Source of the DNA: Macrostomum lignano
Lineage: Eukaryota
Direction: 5' to 3'
Length of the DNA stretch: 64,000 bases
Assembly (NCBI GenBank): GCA_002269645.1
Contig: NIVC01002583.1
Coordinates: 35,031 to 99,030 of the forward strand
In this document: positions 58,301 to 64,000 of the stretch, one piece after another
How the letters are laid out: the number at the start of each line of letters is the position of its first letter
How positions within the stretch are numbered: the first letter of the stretch is position 1
Notes under the pieces: generated by a model
The model's input: only the letters and a program-made list of their open reading frames with translations
What the model was told of the DNA's origin: nothing
Databases searched by the model: none
Translations under genes and position numbers: made by a program

Positions 58301-61300
58301 CAAGGCTTCCGAAACCGGAACTGGGGCCCGGGCTCCTCCGGCAAAGAAGCCGAGGCAAACGGCCGATCCTATGCCCGGTAAGGCAGTTCGCGCTGCTGAA
58401 ACCGGAAATCGCAATCGCAGACCCGCCAGGAGCACCCGGAGGTCCGGCCTGATCCAGCGCGCGCTGGACCAGGCCAAGAACCTTCGTGCGCATCGTGAGC
58501 GGGCCCGCGCTTCTCGCGCTCCACCCCAACAGCCAGAAGGCCAGACTCTAAGCGGGGAGGCTCCGACCGACTGGTTCGAGTCTGTGACTCACCAGGAGGC
58601 TGGCGCCACCCGCATCGACCTGACCGACGAGGCAAAGGGGACGGGCAGTGACAGCACCGAAGCACGCAGGGGAGGCGACGGTAACGTCCACGCTGGGCTC
58701 ACGTCCGCGGAGGACTCCACAGCCACCCTAACTGCTGAGGACGCTGAAACTCCCATGGAGGTCTGCGGGTCACCCACCACTGAAAAGGAGGAGGATGACC
58801 TGCTCAACGATTCCCCAACTGCGTGATAATGATCAGCAACCAGGGAATCCATTGCCTGCAGATTAATCTGCAGCACTGCGTCGCAGCCTCGGTCAACCTT
58901 ATGCGTTACGCCGAGCTCGACAAGCCGGGGCTCATCCTCGTCCAGGAACCCTGGACTCTCAGAGGTAAGCCTCAAAACGCCCCTGCTGGCTACAATTGTT
59001 TTTTTTTTACTTACCCTCGCGAGGCCAACCAGCCTCCCAGAGCTTGCATCTTTGCGAGCAAAACGCTCAGTGGTGGCTCAGATCGGACCTGTCCAACAGG
59101 GACATCTGCGTCATCCAATCCGAGGACCTTCTTCCTGGGAAGACCACCCTCATTGCCTCGGTTTACCTACCAGGCGATGCTGCGGTCGTCCCCAGAGCCC
59201 TCGCTACGCTGGTAGAGCTTTGCTCTGCCAAAAACTACGAGCTAATGGTTGCCGGCGACATCAACGCCCACCATACTCACTGGGGCAGCACTGGCATTAA
59301 TCAGAGAGGCGAAGACCTCCTAGCCTACGTTGCCTCTACGACCCTCGAGTTCTGCAACTCTGGGTCCACCCCTACCTTTGACAACGGACGGTGGTCGGAG
59401 GTGATCGACGCTACGCTCGCAACGCCCAGACTCTACCAGAGTATTGGGGCGTGGCGGGTGCTTCCAGTGTCCTCACTCTCGGATCACAAGTTCATCTCCT
59501 TCAACCTAATGGCCGCGCGTAGCGCAACTCGTGCTACGTGGAGACGGAACGCCAGAAATACTGATTGGGAAACCTTCGGGCTCGCCCTGAATTAATTCCA
59601 TCGGTCTCCTGGCCAACCATCCACGATCACGTCGTGCCGAGAGGCGGATGAGTGCGCGACTGTTTTGAAAGAGACGCTAACCGCCGCCTTTGAGGCGTCC
59701 TGCCCTTTAAAAGCCTAGAAAGGGAAAAAATCGGCGCCGTGGTGGAATCCCGAGCTCGGCAACCTCCGTCGCAGGGCTAAGAGACTCCACCGCAGAGCAA
59801 CTAAAACTAAGAGCCCTGCAGACCAAACCGCCTATCATGAAGCAATCCATGAGTTTAAAAGGCAGGTTAGGAATGCAAAGGCTCAAAAATGGCGACAATA
59901 CTGTGAGGAGCTAGAGGGCTCACGCCCCACCTCCAGAGTTGTGAAAGCGCTCACGCTGGACAAAATGTCTAAGCTCTCCTCGGTCAAACGCACCGACGGT
60001 ACGTCCACGGACAACCCAGAGGAAACGCTTGATGTAATGCTCACTGCGTTTTTCCCCCAACGAGCCAGCTAACCAGACCACTCCGGATCACTCGGAGGGA
60101 GGTCACGCGCTGGCTGCCTCTATCATCACGGAGGACCGCATCGTGAGAGCGGCAAATTCCTTCAAGCCTTTCAAAGCCCCAGGACCCGACGGCATTGTAC
60201 CGGCCCTCCTAAGAGAGGCGGTTGAATGCCCAGGCTTCCTGCGCAAACTTTGCAGCCTTCTTCGGGCATGCATCACGCTTGGTTATGTCCCACAGGCATG
60301 GACCGAGGCAAAGGTGATCTTAATCCCTAAGCCAGGCCGCCCGGACTACCATTCTATCAAATCCTTCAGACCGATCAGCTTGACCTCCTCCCTGGTCAAG
60401 CTGATGGAGAGACTGGTGCTTTGGCGCCTTCTCTCTGTTGAGCTGAAGAACAAACCTCTCAGCGAGAACCAGCACGCTTTTCGGGCGGGTCGCTCCACTG
60501 AAAGCGCGCTGCACGTCCTGGTCGATAAACTCGAGAAGGCCGTGCTTGGTAATGGCTTTGCTCTGGGGATCTTCCTGGACATCATTGGCGCCTTCGATAA
60601 CGTCCTCTTTGAGGCGTTCCGAAGAGCTCTTTGTGAGAGGCAAACGCACTCACATCTCACCAGATGGATCATGTACATGATCAGCCATCGCACGGCCACC
60701 GCCAGTCTGCTGGGCTACCAGAGGACGGTCCCCGTCTGCAAAGGTAGCCCGCAAGGTGGGGTGCTGTCTCCAGTTCTCTGGAATATGGTCATCAATGAGC
60801 TCCTCCGGGATGTTCGGCCTGACCCCATTCTGAAAGTTGGATATGCGGACGATGTCACCGCGGTGGCATCTGGTCCGTCCCCTGATACCCTCAGGGACCT
60901 TCTTCAGAACTTTATCTACGCCGCTGAGCAATGGGCGGAGCGCTGTGGTTTAAGGCTCTCTGAGACTAAGACCGCAGCGATCATGTTCACCAGCAGGACC
61001 AAGTGGCGGATTCGGCCGCTCACGCTTTACGGAAGGGAAATCCCCTTCTGCAAGTAGACTAAATGTCTGGGTATTACCCTGGACCACAGGCTGAACTGGT
61101 CACCCCACGTTCAAACAAAAGCCAAAAAGGCCTTCGCAGTCCTCGCGCAATTGCGCAGGGCTGTCGGCACCACCTGGGGGCTCACCCCCAAGCGCCTCTG
61201 GTGGATCTACACTGCAATGGTTAGGCCCGCTATCTCGTATGGCGGCCTGATCTGGGCTAGCGCCCTGCAGATAAAGACCTGTCTAGAGGCTCTCAGGAGA

Positions 61301-63950
61301 GCGCAAGGGCGCGCATGTCGCACGATCATGAGCGCCCCTCCGTCTGCTCCTTACGATGGCCTCAACGCCTTCCTTAACATTCCTCCGCTGGACATCTTTG
61401 TCCGCAGGGAAGCGGCTAAGACTGCCCGCCGTCTAGCTGACGCTGGCACTCGAATCCAGCCCCATAGGGCCATGGCTAAGCGCAAGCTTCTGCCCCACGC
61501 TGACCTCTGCCTCAAGGACTTGAGAGACAGCAGCGGGCTCCACGTCCTATCTGACGGCGAACCCCGCACTCTCAATCTCTTTCAGCGCTACAAGGTCACC
61601 ATCCCCTCTAGGGATGCTGCCAATGACCACTGGAATTTCCAGGAGGTCCATTGCTACACGGACGGATCCATCAAAGACGGTCGCGCCGGCTTTGGGGTCT
61701 GCATCATCATCAACGGCCGCGTAATTGCCACGCATGCCCAGCACACTGGTAGACTCTCCACAGTCTTCCAGAACGAAGTCCTGGCCATCAGCTCCTGAGC
61801 TGCAGAGCTGAACGCCAAGGTTACGAGAGGAAAGACTATTGTCATCCACTCCGACAGCCAAGCGGCCTTACAGGCCCTTTGCCACACCACAACGAACTCC
61901 CGGACAGTCGCCGACTGCGCCCGGCAGCTCAACCTCCTGGCCAGAAGCAATACTGTCAGGCTGAAGTGGATCCCAGGGCACGCAGGGTTTCCGGGGAACG
62001 AGCTGGCAGACACCCTCGCCAAGAGGGGCGGCTCTGGCTCTTTCTTCGGCCCTGCCCCCCTGGTCCCTATGCCCTTGACAGTCATCAATCGTCAGATCGA
62101 CGACTGGGCTGACTCCCTCCACAGGGACAGATGGGCGGGCACCCAAAACTGCCGGCAATCTCGTGCCGCGGTTCCTTGCCCGTCTCGCAGGCTCAGAAAC
62201 ATCCTTCTGAACCAGAATCGGAAGGATATTCGAGCCCTTGTCATGACCCTTACCGGCCATGGCTACCTCGCCAGGCACTGCTTCCTCCGAGGCGACCTCG
62301 AGAGCGAAATTTGCCCCTTTTGCGAGTGCGACAATGAAGATGCTCAGCACTTTGTTTGTCACTGCCCCTTCTTTAACAGAGACCGGCTACGCTACCTCGG
62401 GCCGAACCCGTCCATTGACGAGGTCTGCCAGCCCGACAGCATCCCACGGCTCATCCAGTTCCTTCGGGCGACTAGACGAGCCAGTTTCTTCCCCACGGAA
62501 GATCACGCTGCAGGACGGACCGGCGGACCACCCTGACCGGCCCCACGCCTCTGCCTGTCTGCGGGCCTTCAGGGGCTGGCGGAATGGGCGACCCTCGCCT
62601 CCCCGCTGTGTCTACGGACCACCCTGCAGCTAAGTCAAGTAAGTCAAGAACAGGTGACTGGGACAGTGAATGAATTGGTGAATGAGTGAACAGGTGACTG
62701 GGACAGTGAATGAATTGCAGAATGAGTGAACTGGTGACTGGGACAGTGAATGAATTGGTGAATGAGTGAACAGGTGACTGGGACAGTGAATGAATTGGTG
62801 AATGAGTGAACAGGTGACTGGGACAGTGAATGAATTGGTGAATGAGTGAACTGGTGACTGGGACAGTGAATGAATTGCAGAATGAGTGAACTGGTGACTG
62901 GGACAGTGAATGAATTGGTGAATGAGTGAACAGGTGACTGGGACAGTGAATGAATTGGTGAATGAGTGAACAGGTGACTGGGACAGTGAATGAATTGTGT
63001 GAATGAGTGAACAGGTGACTGGGACAGTGAATGAATTGGTGAATGAGTGAACAGGTGACTGGGACAGTGAATGAATTGGTGAATGAGTGAACAGGTGACG
63101 AAGATTGCAAAATAAATATGGAGGAAATTTGCATATTGAATCGGTATGCTGCTCACTTTTTCACGAGCGTCCTGTCGGATGAGTTCGTTGAAGGTTGCCG
63201 ATCCTGTCGCGTCCATCACGCGGACTAAGCAGCGGTCCATCTTGCCGATGGTGCTTTTGGCAAGAGTTCCGCCGGACGCACCACCAAGATGTTTCTGTGA
63301 AGGAAATCAGAAGATAAATATTTTTGCTACGAGCGTAGATATCGTAAATTATCACTTTTTCAATTATCAATTGTCATGTTTAATTGCGAGGGGTGCATAA
63401 ATTCCCTAAACTAAAATACTAAAATACTAAAATGAGATATATTTATAGTATATTACTGATTCAAGAAACAAGCGATTTAAAACGATTTTCATGAGATTTG
63501 CACTATTCGGTCAATTTTTTTCTCGGACCATACATATCTCCTGGTGGGTCGCCATAACTCCGAAAACTAAAATAGCATTATACATTGCTAGAACTTTCGT
63601 TGCTATGAAATTTCGGGTTTGTGATGCCCCCCACACTCTTAATTTTGTTTCGAAATTGTTTATTTAGAAGGGGATTATATAGGCCCTAATCGTCGAAAGA
63701 ATCTTAATAATTCAAAGGGCATTGAAAAAAAGTTTTTTTCTCACCAGAAAGTCGGCCATTTCAGGATTAGAATCTTTCATGCCGTCGAGTTTTGCCTTTT
63801 GGTCGGCCAAAACCTCCGGCTTAATAATTCTGAAAGGCATTGAAAAAAAGTTTTTTCTCTGTCTTTGCCAGAAGTCGGCCATTTCAGGATTAGAATCTTT
63901 CATGCCGTCGAGTTTTGCCTTTTGGTCGGCCAAAACGGTCTTTATGTCCA
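55379..63950 (-). CDS. Spliced tyrosine-recombinase (Crypton-like) gene, 5' end beyond window; exons ...-63745, 63157-63294, 57156-57365, 56940-57026, 56439-56672, 55379-55525
   Basis: Phase-0 GT-AG junctions give one open frame: MADFL|KHLGGASGG...|INEYL...W.KYYLRRKK...|...|VESHKTDSEYGSAKINV...THTDFRKFVETR|GLLEGHDLKVLGNRLNHSTEVAMAHY. This supplies the YR catalytic K, (H)xxR, H and Y positions. The region around the first catalytic Arg is unresolved. Confidence 0.7.
55620..56360. repeat. 40-bp satellite A (GAACAGGTGATCGGGAGAGTGAGTGCATTGCTGAATGAGT) in last intron of the YR gene
   Basis: Direct tandem copies, some with 20-bp half units. Confidence 0.95.
57470..63100. repeat. 40-bp satellite B (GAACAGGTGACTGGGACAGTGAATGAATTGGTGAATGAGT), split into 57470-57563 and 62648-63100 by a LINE
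   Basis: The same unit lies on both sides of the LINE. It is related to satellite A. Confidence 0.93.
57564..62647 (+). mobile_element. Near-full-length, 5'-truncated non-LTR retrotransposon (R1/LOA group): ORF1 + ORF2 (AP endonuclease, RT, RNase H, CCHC); inactivated
   Basis: APE: LQINLQH...LILVQEPW, GDINAHH, SDH. RT: KAPGPDGI, FRPISL, QHAFR, GSPQGGVLSP, YADD. RNase H: YTDGS, VFQNE, SDS, WIPGH, GNELAD. The C-terminus has CPFC...H..C. The tail is (TAAGTCAAG)2 and the TSD is GAACAGGTGACT. There are several in-frame stops and frameshifts. Confidence 0.96.
63710..63950. repeat. ~120-bp tandem duplication of an exon end + intron start of the YR gene
   Basis: VLADQKAKLDGMKDSNPEMADF is encoded twice. 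Only the downstream copy keeps the CTG|GTGAG donor. Confidence 0.85.
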
Positions 63951-64000
63951 AGACTCAGGCTCCGGCTCCGACTTCTGAACCTCAGTCTCCGGCTTCTGAT

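Noticed and set aside
54440-63100. Regular arrays as CRISPR
   Set aside because: Units are head-to-tail with no unique spacers, the context is eukaryotic, and there are no cas genes.

Overview
Eukaryotic, intron-rich animal genomic DNA. GC-rich exons, short GT-AG introns and minisatellite-filled introns suggest a flatworm such as Macrostomum; this is inference only, and no prokaryotic features are present. From left to right: (1) a deleted R1/LOA-type LINE abutting a fragment of a PAN/LamG gene; (2) a minus-strand cluster of secreted PAN-domain genes, two PAN-LamG(ConA-like) paralogues and one PAN-fibrinogen gene; (3) an intronless, divergent PP1 inhibitor-2-like ORF; (4) tandem repeats and a nested SINE/DNA-transposon stack; (5) a six-exon macroH2A gene; (6) a ~21-kb imperfect inverted duplication carrying ACSF3-like acyl-CoA synthetase and BIR-UBA-RING IAP genes on both arms; (7) a minus-strand, multi-exon tyrosine-recombinase (Crypton-like) gene that the ORF track misses. 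The recombinase gene runs off the right end of the window. Two of its introns hold related 40-bp satellites, one split by a 5-kb LINE. Several host genes show single frameshifts that may be assembly errors. Exon structures were derived by hand from splice motifs and reading frame, not from transcripts.
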